From contig JBDRCX010000006.1 in assembly GCA_043821365.1 (NCBI GenBank), forward strand, positions 356,113 to 420,112: a DNA stretch of 64,000 nt, given 5' to 3'. Positions 56,280 through 64,000 of the stretch are shown here, piece after piece. The notes under the pieces are model-generated. The model saw nothing but the letters and a program-made list of their open reading frames with translations. It had not been told where the DNA came from and did no database searches. The DNA comes from Candidatus Micrarchaeota archaeon (GTDB lineage Archaea; Micrarchaeota; Micrarchaeia; Anstonellales; Bilamarchaeaceae). Each line of letters opens with the position of its first letter. Position 1 is the stretch's first letter. A program made the position numbers and the translations under genes.

Positions 56280-56537
56280 CTAGTATGTTATGTTTCTTTT
56301 TTCTACGATGATAAAGTCCCCAACTGCCAAAACGCTTTCGTATGGGACGTGGACCAATCCATCGTCTTTTTTCAATTTTGAGGCTAAATTGCTGTCTGGG
56401 TTTGGTTCAATCACTAGCGTTTCAATCTTCCCACTAGACTCATTGACTTCAAGGTCTACCAATCTTCCAAAATCGTCTCCTTCGTTTGTGACTAATTTCT
56501 TCCCAGAAAGTTGTCTTGCTATAAGATACTTGGCCAT
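56280..56537 (-). CDS. PRC-barrel domain protein
   Basis: LSGK.LVT.EG..FG.L.DL..SGKI and VPY..V.AVGD.IIV. Confidence 0.85.
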   Translation of the reverse strand: MAKYLIARQLSGKKLVTNEGDDFGRLVDLEVNESSGKIETLVIEPNPDSNLASKLKKDDGLVHVPYESVLAVGDFIIVEKRNITY

Positions 56538-56605
56538 TCTATCACCATTCAAATAAATGTTCTATTGGCGATTTGCAGTTTAACTTTATAAATATTCCTT
56601 AAATT

Positions 56606-58039
56606 TTATGCTCCGGATTTAAAATCCAGCGTATGTAATCGAACTTGTTTCATTTCATATACTGGAACTAGGGCAGGGGTTGGTACATGCCCCTGTTTTA
56701 TCTGAAAATCTGTTCTATCCTGGAATGTCCCTGAATTTATAACTAATGTTCCTCTGTATTGGGTGTACCCGTTCTTATGGACATGGCCGCAATGGAAAAC
56801 GTCAGGGGGGTCGTCTATTATCATATAATCGTTGTCTTCGGGAATTATCAAATTCCCGCCGTAAATCGGTGATAAATGTCTTCTTTTTAGATATTCAACC
56901 ATTACTTTTTCAGGATGAGTATATGTCGTCTGTGGAATATTTGCTATCATGGAGTCTATTGAGGTTCCGTGATACATAAGGTGTTTTATTCCTTCCACAT
57001 TGAAGCATGATGGGTTACCAACTCGTGTTACATTTGATGTCACATACTCCTTGCTTATTGCTGGTTGTGGTTCTCCTCTTCTTACTGCATCATGATTTCC
57101 TGGACCAACTATAACTTCAATGTAATCAGGCAAATTTTCGATAAAATCATCAAACATCTTATATTGTTGGAATACGTCCTTTACAATAAGTTCATTTTCT
57201 TGGTTTGGATAAATTCCAATCCCATCAACAATATCGCCTGCAATTGCAAGGTATTTCACTTTTCCTGCAAGTTCTTTTGCCTCTCCTTTTCCATGAAGCC
57301 AGTCAACAAAGACATTCAAATATTTATCGAGGAAATATCTACTTCCAAAATGTATATCTGATAGATATGCTATTGCAACATCATTCTCTACTTTTTTCTT
57401 CTCTCTTATAACTGGCAAGTCTGGCCATTCTATATCCTCTGCAATAAGGTATGGTTCAAGTACTTTTCCAGTTATTGCTATAATATCGTCTAATATCACA
57501 GACTTGGCCTTTCCCATGACTTTTTCATTGAATTTTGATGATGAGATGACAACCTTAAACGTTCCGCTCAGATCCTCAATTTCAAACAATAAATTGCCTT
57601 TTTTCGTTTCTCTTTTATTACTTATAAAAACAATTACCCGTACGCGTTCATTAAGATGTTTTTTTATATCTGCAAGATCTGCTGTGGGTACTGAATTACT
57701 TCGTCTAAGCATTTTTGAAATCCTTTCAAATCTGTTTCTGAAGTGTGCTATAAAATTATCAACTTCGCCTTTTGTTCTTGATTTTCCTGTTACGTCTAAT
57801 GAGTGGTTTATTTTTACGTCTGAAGAATATTCTTTTGCAACTGGTGAAAACTCCGCCTTTCTTATGACTTCAACTTGCGATTCTTTCTTTGGTTTAATTA
57901 GTTCTTCTATGTCTTCTTTTGAAACAAATGGTTTACCCAATCCAATTATCTTCTTTAATAATTCATCCGATGAATTGGCTTTCAAAAAATTTTCTGCATC
58001 GACAGTAAGTCTGATTCCTTTTCCAACTAATTCATCCAT
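56606..58039 (-). CDS. polD1: DNA polymerase D small (DP1) exonuclease subunit
   Basis: OB fold; SDIHFGS, GDIVDGIGIYP, PGNHD, YHG, RRHLSP and GHVH motifs. Confidence 0.95.
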   Translation of the reverse strand: MDELVGKGIRLTVDAENFLKANSSDELLKKIIGLGKPFVSKEDIEELIKPKKESQVEVIRKAEFSPVAKEYSSDVKINHSLDVTGKSRTKGEVDNFIAHFRNRFERISKMLRRSNSVPTADLADIKKHLNERVRVIVFISNKRETKKGNLLFEIEDLSGTFKVVISSSKFNEKVMGKAKSVILDDIIAITGKVLEPYLIAEDIEWPDLPVIREKKKVENDVAIAYLSDIHFGSRYFLDKYLNVFVDWLHGKGEAKELAGKVKYLAIAGDIVDGIGIYPNQENELIVKDVFQQYKMFDDFIENLPDYIEVIVGPGNHDAVRRGEPQPAISKEYVTSNVTRVGNPSCFNVEGIKHLMYHGTSIDSMIANIPQTTYTHPEKVMVEYLKRRHLSPIYGGNLIIPEDNDYMIIDDPPDVFHCGHVHKNGYTQYRGTLVINSGTFQDRTDFQIKQGHVPTPALVPVYEMKQVRLHTLDFKSGA

Positions 58040-58046
58040 TTACCCA

Positions 58047-58292
58047 CTAACGTTCATTGTGGCTTTCTAGAGCACTGATAACTGCCCATATCTGAGTCCT
58101 AGCATGGGCTGGCATGTTTATGTCCTCAGTTATTCCCTCGATAATGTAGATCGCAGCACTGATTTTCACGCTTTTTTCTTCTTCACTATCAAGACGTGCT
58201 TTTGCTTCAGTTAATGCTCTTCTTATATTCTTTGGAATTCCGGTATCATTAGCTAGTTCGCCTACCATCCCACTTATTTCTTCTAACTCCAT
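58047..58292 (-). CDS. UPF0147 family protein
   Basis: D..IPKNIRR and DINMPAHARTQIW..S.LE. Confidence 0.9.
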   Translation of the reverse strand: MELEEISGMVGELANDTGIPKNIRRALTEAKARLDSEEEKSVKISAAIYIIEGITEDINMPAHARTQIWAVISALESHNER

Positions 58293-58389
58293 AACATCAC
58301 CTGGAAGGCATAAATATTTGCCAAAATTGGTAATAGGAGATTTAATTGCAAAAGTAATTTAAATTAGCCCTTAAATATGGATAAAAAAT

Positions 58390-58678
58390 TGGGCCTGCTG
58401 AGAGCCGCATGATTTCAAGTCTAAACCAGAAATCATTTTGAATACCTGTGCGACTTTTTAGGAAAAAGTCGCCCAAAAACGTGCTTGCTAATTTTCGCAA
58501 AGCGAAAATGGTTTACACCGAAAATCCGAAAGGATTTTCAAACAACCAATTTTTGGGCGCTTTTTTTTCAAAAAGCGCACCTCAGGACCTACGGCTTTCA
58601 TAGGTACTCGCCAGTCTTATACTGTGCTAGAACGTGCCATATAAGACCGTCGCTCTAACCTGGCTGAGCTACAGGCCC
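58390..58678 (-). tRNA. tRNA-Ile(TAT) with three introns: 37/38 (58597-58639), 53/54 (58443-58580), T-loop (~58405-58437)
   Basis: Reverse strand GGGCCTG TA GCTC AGCCAGGTTA GAGC G ACGGT CT-TAT-A|A GCCGT AGGTC CTGAG|TTCAA|CT CTCAG CAGGCCC A. Confidence 0.85.
58448..58580. mobile_element. MITE/REPIN-like composite: two inverted ~31-nt hairpin modules bracketing internal hairpins, inside a tRNA intron
   Basis: GTGCGACTTTTTAGGAAAAAGTCGCCCAAAAA (58448-79) versus reverse complement of 58550-80, GTGCGCTTTTTGAAAAAAAAGCGCCCAAAAA; mobility is inferred only. Confidence 0.55.
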
Positions 58679-58723
58679 AATAGGATATGGTGTGTTGCTC
58701 AACTTTTTTAAATGAAAGCGAAA

Positions 58724-59569
58724 TTATATTGCAACCAGTACGACGCCCAGAATTAGCAAAAAGAGCGCAGAAATTTTCAAAACCAAGCTTTTTCTGTCTA
58801 TTTCCTCCTTCAAAAGTTTTGGATTTAGTTTAGTTATTAATGTAGCTCCTAAGAATACAAATAATGCCTGGGTTGTGGTGAAAGCAGTAACCAACGAAAC
58901 AAAAGCAATGCTACATGCAACTATGTAGAGATATGATGCAACATCTGATAATAATCCAGTTCCAATTGCAAATGTTGTAAGTTTTTTGGATATGAAATCT
59001 ATTTTTTTACGCCATATAAAGAAAAGAACAATCAAAATTGGTATTGCTGCCATTCTCACCCAAAAAAGTACGGTTATTGAATCTGCTTCTGAAAGTGCCA
59101 TCTTTGCTCCAACATCACTAAATGCAAAAAGAATACTTGATGCTAGGACAATAACTGCTTCTTTTCTGAAAACACTTCCCTGAAAAGAAAGCAATATTGC
59201 ACCCAGAACAGAAACTAAAATTCCAAAATACTGTACTGTAGTTAAGATTTCACCAAGCATAATAGCTGAAACTATTGCAGTGAATATGGGATTGGTTAAA
59301 AGAAGTGCTGATGTTTTTGACACCTCACTTTCACTCAGACCACTAAAATATGCATAGTAAGCACCATACCAAAAAATACCAGAAATTAATGCAATTGCTG
59401 AAAATGAAACTGGAAATATGGGATAAATTATAGCAACAGTAATAATGCTACTTATGAGCATTCCTATCATTGTTGTTTGTTTATTGATTTTGAAAAGAGT
59501 ATATTTGCTGATGAGATTTCCAGTTGCCCATAGGAAAGCAGCACCTATGGCAAGCAATGCCCAAATCAT
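58724..59569 (-). CDS. EamA/DMT family transporter
   Basis: About 10 TM helices in two repeats; NPIFTAI.S...LGE.L. Confidence 0.85.
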   Translation of the reverse strand: MIWALLAIGAAFLWATGNLISKYTLFKINKQTTMIGMLISSIITVAIIYPIFPVSFSAIALISGIFWYGAYYAYFSGLSESEVSKTSALLLTNPIFTAIVSAIMLGEILTTVQYFGILVSVLGAILLSFQGSVFRKEAVIVLASSILFAFSDVGAKMALSEADSITVLFWVRMAAIPILIVLFFIWRKKIDFISKKLTTFAIGTGLLSDVASYLYIVACSIAFVSLVTAFTTTQALFVFLGATLITKLNPKLLKEEIDRKSLVLKISALFLLILGVVLVAI

Positions 59570-59620
59570 AGGTTAGTATATCATCGAAACCGTAATAAAG
59601 CGGTTTGGAGAATATTATTT

Positions 59621-60457
59621 ATGTACAAATCTCTTACTGGTAAAGAACCTGCAGCTAGCATACTGGAAGATGCTCAAAATTCTCTTATAAAATTAGGAAA
59701 AAAACCAGTACTTGCAATTGTTTTAGCAGGAAATGATCCTGCATCTGAAGTCTATGTAAAAAAGAAAATAGATCGGGCAGCTGCTATTGGCATTGAAACA
59801 AGATTGGAACGTCTTCCTGATAATGTAAGTGAAAAAGAATTACTTGATCTTGTAAAAAGACTCAATACAGACAATTCTGTGGATGGTTTTATTGTACAGT
59901 TTCCAATTCCAAAACACATAAATTATTATGATGTTGTGGAAGCAATTGATCCAAAAAAGGATGTTGATGGGTGGACATCTACGAATATTGGACAAATGTT
60001 TCTTGGTTTTAAGGAACCATTTATGCCAGCAACACCAATGGGAGTAATAAAAATGCTTGAATTTTATGGTGTTGATTTTGTTGGCAAAAACGTCACTGTT
60101 ATAGGAAGGGGGAATGTTGTTGGGAAACCTTTGGCATTTTTGCTTCTTGCCAGGCATGCAACTGTGACTATATGTCATTCAAAGACAAAAAATCTTTCAG
60201 AACACACAAAAAATGCAGATATATTAATTTCAGCAGCAGGAGCACCTGGTTTGGTAAAAGCAGATATGGTGAAAGAAGGTGCATACGTTATTGATGTTGG
60301 GACCACCAAAGTTGGCGACAAGATAAAAGGGGATGTTGATTATGAAAATGTTATCAGGAAAGCCAATTGTTCACCAGTTCCACATGGTGTTGGTCCAATG
60401 ACTGTTGCAATGCTTCTTCACAATACAGTAAAAGCTGCCAAATCAAAATTTTTGTAA
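59621..60457 (+). CDS. folD: bifunctional methylenetetrahydrofolate dehydrogenase/cyclohydrolase
   Basis: AS..YV..K, KDVDG, PATP.G, GRG..VG.P and PVP.GVGPMT motifs. Confidence 0.95.
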   Translation: MYKSLTGKEPAASILEDAQNSLIKLGKKPVLAIVLAGNDPASEVYVKKKIDRAAAIGIETRLERLPDNVSEKELLDLVKRLNTDNSVDGFIVQFPIPKHINYYDVVEAIDPKKDVDGWTSTNIGQMFLGFKEPFMPATPMGVIKMLEFYGVDFVGKNVTVIGRGNVVGKPLAFLLLARHATVTICHSKTKNLSEHTKNADILISAAGAPGLVKADMVKEGAYVIDVGTTKVGDKIKGDVDYENVIRKANCSPVPHGVGPMTVAMLLHNTVKAAKSKFL

Positions 60458-60916
60458 TACTTCTTCTAGTTTCTTTAGTGCATCTGGTTTTCTCTCTTCC
60501 TTAGATATTCTTAGCAGAACTTTACTTTCCTCTCCATCTAAGTTGACGAACCAAACCTCAGCAGAACCATCTCTGAAATTTTCACTTATTCTGGTGGGCA
60601 ATTCAAAGAAACCCGAATTCTTTATGGTCTCCTTTATTTTATCTAATTGAGTTTTGTTGATTTTTCTTATCTTTGTCCATTGGCCTGATTCATTTTGATG
60701 TCCTTCGTTTGCCATCGTCCAAATTTCTCCGTTCAATCTAATCAATGTGCCTCGTTGGTAGATTGGCCAACCATGTACCTCATGTCTAATTAATACACTT
60801 CCCTCTGGAACTTGCGTACTGCTTTCAGTAAAACGAAAACCTCCAATCTCTAAATGCTCCCCTTCTGAATGTCTTTTGAATTTCTCCTCCCTACTCTCAT
60901 GTTTTATTTTAGACAT
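60443..60916 (-). CDS. hypothetical protein
   Basis: 157 aa ORF with SD GGTGTGA. Confidence 0.65.
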   Translation of the reverse strand: MSKIKHESREEKFKRHSEGEHLEIGGFRFTESSTQVPEGSVLIRHEVHGWPIYQRGTLIRLNGEIWTMANEGHQNESGQWTKIRKINKTQLDKIKETIKNSGFFELPTRISENFRDGSAEVWFVNLDGEESKVLLRISKEERKPDALKKLEEVLQKF

Positions 60917-60973
60917 ATAGTATCACACCTGTAGGGTATTGCAGCGTCCATAATTAATCCTAGTAGGTATGCA

Positions 60974-61735
60974 TTATGCAGGAGGATAAAGTCTATTTAG
61001 TTCGCCACTGTATCTTTTCAGTAATTTATGTGTTCCCGAACCATACTGCATTGCTTTTTTTCGTCTCATTACTGCACATGCGGGAACCCCAAGCATCCTG
61101 GCAGCTTCTCTAAGGATTCCTTTTTTCAATTCACGTTCATGCATTCTTTCTTCAAGAGGTATTGAGAACATGAATTTTGCAAGTTCTTTGTTGTAAAATG
61201 GAAATCTTGCATCAATACCAAATTTTCTGCAAATTTTTTTTGTCCATGTTATCTCTCTTTGCGGTAATGTTTTGTACTCTTCTTTAAGCAAGGCTTCAAG
61301 ATCGTTGCCTTCATCAAGATATTTGTAATATCTTTCATACCCGACAAAAAGCTCCTCTGCCGCAGTTCCAAATAACAAAACGTTATGGCCTTTTTTTGCA
61401 GCTTCTTCAGCTACACAATAAACAGGAACCAGTATGCCCAATCTCAAGAAGTCGAGTTTTAGCATTTCATAGCATTTACCATATGCTTGCATTACCATTT
61501 TTTTATCGATTATAATGGCGTTCAAAGTCATTTCCATTTCCTTTGCTGCTGACCGTGATGATTCCACATCATCACTGTTTGCAACTCCTGCTGTGAAAAG
61601 TTCTATCTGAGAATGTTTTTTTGCAACACTTGCAATTATTGTTGAATCAAGTCCACCTGAAAAAGAAATGGCTGTGCGATCTTCGAGGCTTTCTTCTATT
61701 GCACGGCTAAGTAATTCTGTTAATTCAGGAATCAT
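60974..61735 (-). CDS. asparagine synthase C-terminal (PP-loop) domain protein
   Basis: FSGGLDS, AEELFVGY, RFPF and RRKKAMQYGSG motifs; start trimmed to MIPEL so it does not overlap the tRNA. Confidence 0.85.
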   Translation of the reverse strand: MIPELTELLSRAIEESLEDRTAISFSGGLDSTIIASVAKKHSQIELFTAGVANSDDVESSRSAAKEMEMTLNAIIIDKKMVMQAYGKCYEMLKLDFLRLGILVPVYCVAEEAAKKGHNVLLFGTAAEELFVGYERYYKYLDEGNDLEALLKEEYKTLPQREITWTKKICRKFGIDARFPFYNKELAKFMFSIPLEERMHERELKKGILREAARMLGVPACAVMRRKKAMQYGSGTHKLLKRYSGELNRLYPPA

Positions 61736-61791
61736 AGGATGGAATTTAGTAGTTGGGATTATAAAATATATCTTAATATTTTTAGAAAAAA

Positions 61792-61932
61792 CGGGCCCGG
61801 TGAGATTTGAACTCACGACCTTCGCCTCTCATCTCTTTGGCAAAAAAACCACATTGCCAAAAATTAGGAGAGCGTCACTCTATCCAAAGTACTCGCGCTT
61901 TTTACTAAAAAAGCGCACTGAGCTACGAGCCC
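61792..61932 (-). tRNA. tRNA-Arg(CCT) with two introns: 15/16 (61889-61917) and 37/38 (61828-61864)
   Basis: Reverse strand GGGCTCG TA GCTC AG|TTTGGATA GAGT G ACGCT CT-CCT-A|A GGCGA AGGTC GTGAG TTCAAAT CTCAC CGGGCCC G. Confidence 0.88.
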
Positions 61933-61933
61933 A

Positions 61934-62974
61934 TCAATCCTTTATTTTCTTCCTGAATTTAATATAGGTTGCATAATCAATGTACTTTTTGTTATTAATG
62001 TAATCCTTTGTTTTCGGAGCTTTGTCTCTTACTTCATCAATTTTGTCAGTGACCATGATGGCAAACGAATCGCTTCCTGCCCCTGACCCATATGAAGTAA
62101 CTAAAATTCTATCTCCTGGTTTTGCTTCATCCAAAACAGCAGAAAGACCTAGCATTGACGCTCCTGAATAAGTATTGCCAATTAAAGGCGTAAGCAATCC
62201 AGTCTTCAATTTTTCTATTGGGATGTCAAATCTTTTCCCTGCTTCAAGTGGAAATCTTCCGTTTGGCTGGTGAAACACTACATGATCATAATCTGTCATC
62301 TTTGTTCCTGTTTTTTCTAGAAGTCCGTTTGTCGCAGCAATAACATGCTTGAAATAAGCTGGTTTCCCAGTAAATCTTCCACCATGAGTTGGATAATCTG
62401 CGTGTTGTCTTCTCCAGAAATCTGGTGTATCAGTTGTAAATGAAAAAGTTGATTCTATTATGGCAACTGACTCTTTTTTTGGACCAACAATAAATGCAGC
62501 ACCGCCAGAAGCTGCAGAATATTCCAAAGCATCTCCTGGTCTTCCCTGTGCAGTATCAGCTCCTATTGCCATACCATATTGTATCATTTCAGAGTCTACC
62601 ATTCCACATACTATCTGCAATCCAGCAGTTCCTGCTTTACATGCAAATTCAAGGTCTGCAGTTGTAAGATTAGGTGTTGCTCCGATGGCTTCAGCAACAA
62701 TGGTACCAGTTGGTTTTACTGCATATGGATGCGATTCGCTTCCAACATACAATGCACCTAATTTTTTTGGTTCTATTTCAGCTCGTAATATTGCATTTCT
62801 TGCAGCTTCAACTGATATTGTTGTGGTGTCCTCATCAACACCTCCAACTGCTTTTTCAATAATTCCAAGGCCCTTTTCTATTCTATTAGTTTCTTCTCCC
62901 CATACCTTTGCTATATCCCCACTTTTAATTCTGTAAACTGGAATATAAGAACCATATCCAACAATGCCTGCCAT
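61934..62974 (-). CDS. archaeal hydroxymethylglutaryl-CoA synthase
   Basis: [40 protein letters not shown] and SYGSGAGSD motifs. Confidence 0.93.
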   Translation of the reverse strand: MAGIVGYGSYIPVYRIKSGDIAKVWGEETNRIEKGLGIIEKAVGGVDEDTTTISVEAARNAILRAEIEPKKLGALYVGSESHPYAVKPTGTIVAEAIGATPNLTTADLEFACKAGTAGLQIVCGMVDSEMIQYGMAIGADTAQGRPGDALEYSAASGGAAFIVGPKKESVAIIESTFSFTTDTPDFWRRQHADYPTHGGRFTGKPAYFKHVIAATNGLLEKTGTKMTDYDHVVFHQPNGRFPLEAGKRFDIPIEKLKTGLLTPLIGNTYSGASMLGLSAVLDEAKPGDRILVTSYGSGAGSDSFAIMVTDKIDEVRDKAPKTKDYINNKKYIDYATYIKFRKKIKD

Positions 62975-63003
62975 GAATTTTCACCTCTAATTAGTATGTT
63001 TTT

Positions 63004-63738
63004 TTATTTTTTAACGCTTCTCTTTTTTTTCGTTTCAGTTGGCTTTCTCTTTTTCGATGAAATCATAAATAAATATGCAACTACTAATAACACTATAATA
63101 CCAAGAATAGCAATCAAATACCCATAGTTAATTTCCTTACTCACAACTACAACTGGTTGCGATCCTTTCATAGCCTCTACAACATCAAAAGTGACTGTTG
63201 ACCCTTGGGCAGTTCCTATTGAGGCACTGTCTATCTCTGATGGCATTTCAACTGTGTATGTAATATTAACTTTAAGGACTTCAAGTGTTGTAACTAAATT
63301 TTGGTTAGTTTCTTGATCTCTTAGATTGATTGGATTTGGATTATCATTACTTGCATTTGCCTCTCCAATTGCTACTAATATTGATTCTAATTTTTGACTA
63401 AATACGTTTGTTGGTATCCTCTCTATCTCCAAAATATATGTCGTGTGGGGCACTCCATAATCAGCAGAAAATCCATAATAAATTCCAGAAGAAAATTTTT
63501 CAGTTATTGTGACTGTTTTTTTGTCAACATCAACACTACAATCAATATCCATAGTGTTATCACAATATTGTTTCATATTAGTAAATGCATTTTTGCTTAA
63601 TTGCCCTGAAAAAATAGATATGTCCATTGTTTTCTCGATTGTTGCAGCTCCATTTCTGTTCATATCATGTGTATAACTCTGATCAAAAGAAGCAAATACA
63701 ATGGAAAAAATCATTAAAGCAAAAATCAATCTTTTCAT
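63004..63738 (-). CDS. secreted protein with C-terminal TM anchor
   Basis: Signal peptide, beta-rich body, TM helix and Lys tail. Confidence 0.7.
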   Translation of the reverse strand: MKRLIFALMIFSIVFASFDQSYTHDMNRNGAATIEKTMDISIFSGQLSKNAFTNMKQYCDNTMDIDCSVDVDKKTVTITEKFSSGIYYGFSADYGVPHTTYILEIERIPTNVFSQKLESILVAIGEANASNDNPNPINLRDQETNQNLVTTLEVLKVNITYTVEMPSEIDSASIGTAQGSTVTFDVVEAMKGSQPVVVVSKEINYGYLIAILGIIVLLVVAYLFMISSKKRKPTETKKKRSVKK

Positions 63739-63760
63739 GTTCCTAATTCTCCAAAAAGTT

Positions 63761-64000
63761 TTATAATTGCCCCCTTAATTCATTTATTATCTCTTTTATC
63801 CCATTTTCCAGTAATTTTGGCTTAAAACCAAGTTCTTTTTCTGCTTTTGAACAGTCGAAAACACGATCATACAATAAAACTCCGATGTGCTCTTTGCTTA
63901 GTGAAGGTGTTTTTCCAGTTAGTTTATACCAGATCTCGTTTATGGTTGCAATTAACATTGCATTTGAAGCTGAAATATTTTCTTTTGGAGGTTCCACATC
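63761..64000 (-). CDS. partial CDS: C-terminus of an NAD-dependent epimerase/dehydratase
   Basis: FDCSKAEKELGFKP..LE.GI motif; frame runs off the window end. Confidence 0.7.
   Translation of the reverse strand, partial: DVEPPKENISASNAMLIATINEIWYKLTGKTPSLSKEHIGVLLYDRVFDCSKAEKELGFKPKLLENGIKEIINELRGQL

Noticed and set aside
61668-61967. ORF 61668..61967(+) and the 5' extension of the asparagine-synthase-like ORF to 61816
   Set aside because: Both overlap tRNA-Arg(CCT); the plausible start is the ATG at 61735.
1050-63600. Many antisense or nested ORFs in the track (e.g. 3399..3881, 8011..8571, 15443..15916, 27324..27938, 57504..58070, 62460..62936)
   Set aside because: Shadows of well-supported genes, with Ser/Phe/Ile-biased composition and no motifs.

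Overview
Archaeal chromosome segment, most likely DPANN/Micrarchaeota (inferred from an epsilon2-type three-unit tRNA splicing endonuclease, tRNA-Ile(UAU), aCPSF1-psmB, PolD DP1, PriS/PriL and GGTGA Shine-Dalgarno sites). It carries about 70 CDS: replication and translation genes, a copper-export cluster, a KaiC-led type IV pilus operon and a five-gene arg operon. Five tRNA genes (Ser-GCT, Trp-CCA, Arg-TCT, Ile-TAT, Arg-CCT) hold 12 introns at positions 15/16, 37/38, 53/54 and ~58/59. Main signals: (1) many introns are built from one ~25-32 nt palindromic module, (G)TGCGC-T5-loop-A5-GCGC-CCAAAAA or its CAAC/GTTG variant, found singly, in both orientations and as inverted pairs, like a REP/MITE-type element that neutralises itself by becoming a spliceable intron; (2) three tandem, translationally coupled 25-27 aa hyper-acidic micro-ORFs ending in (E/D)W(G/T)(E/D)E-E/D-D, missed by the ORF track, between a DUF3326-like gene and the tRNA-Arg/arg locus; (3) two genes whose essential N-termini can only start at AUA. 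No CRISPR array, rRNA, transposase or integrase was seen. All calls were made by eye, with no database searches.
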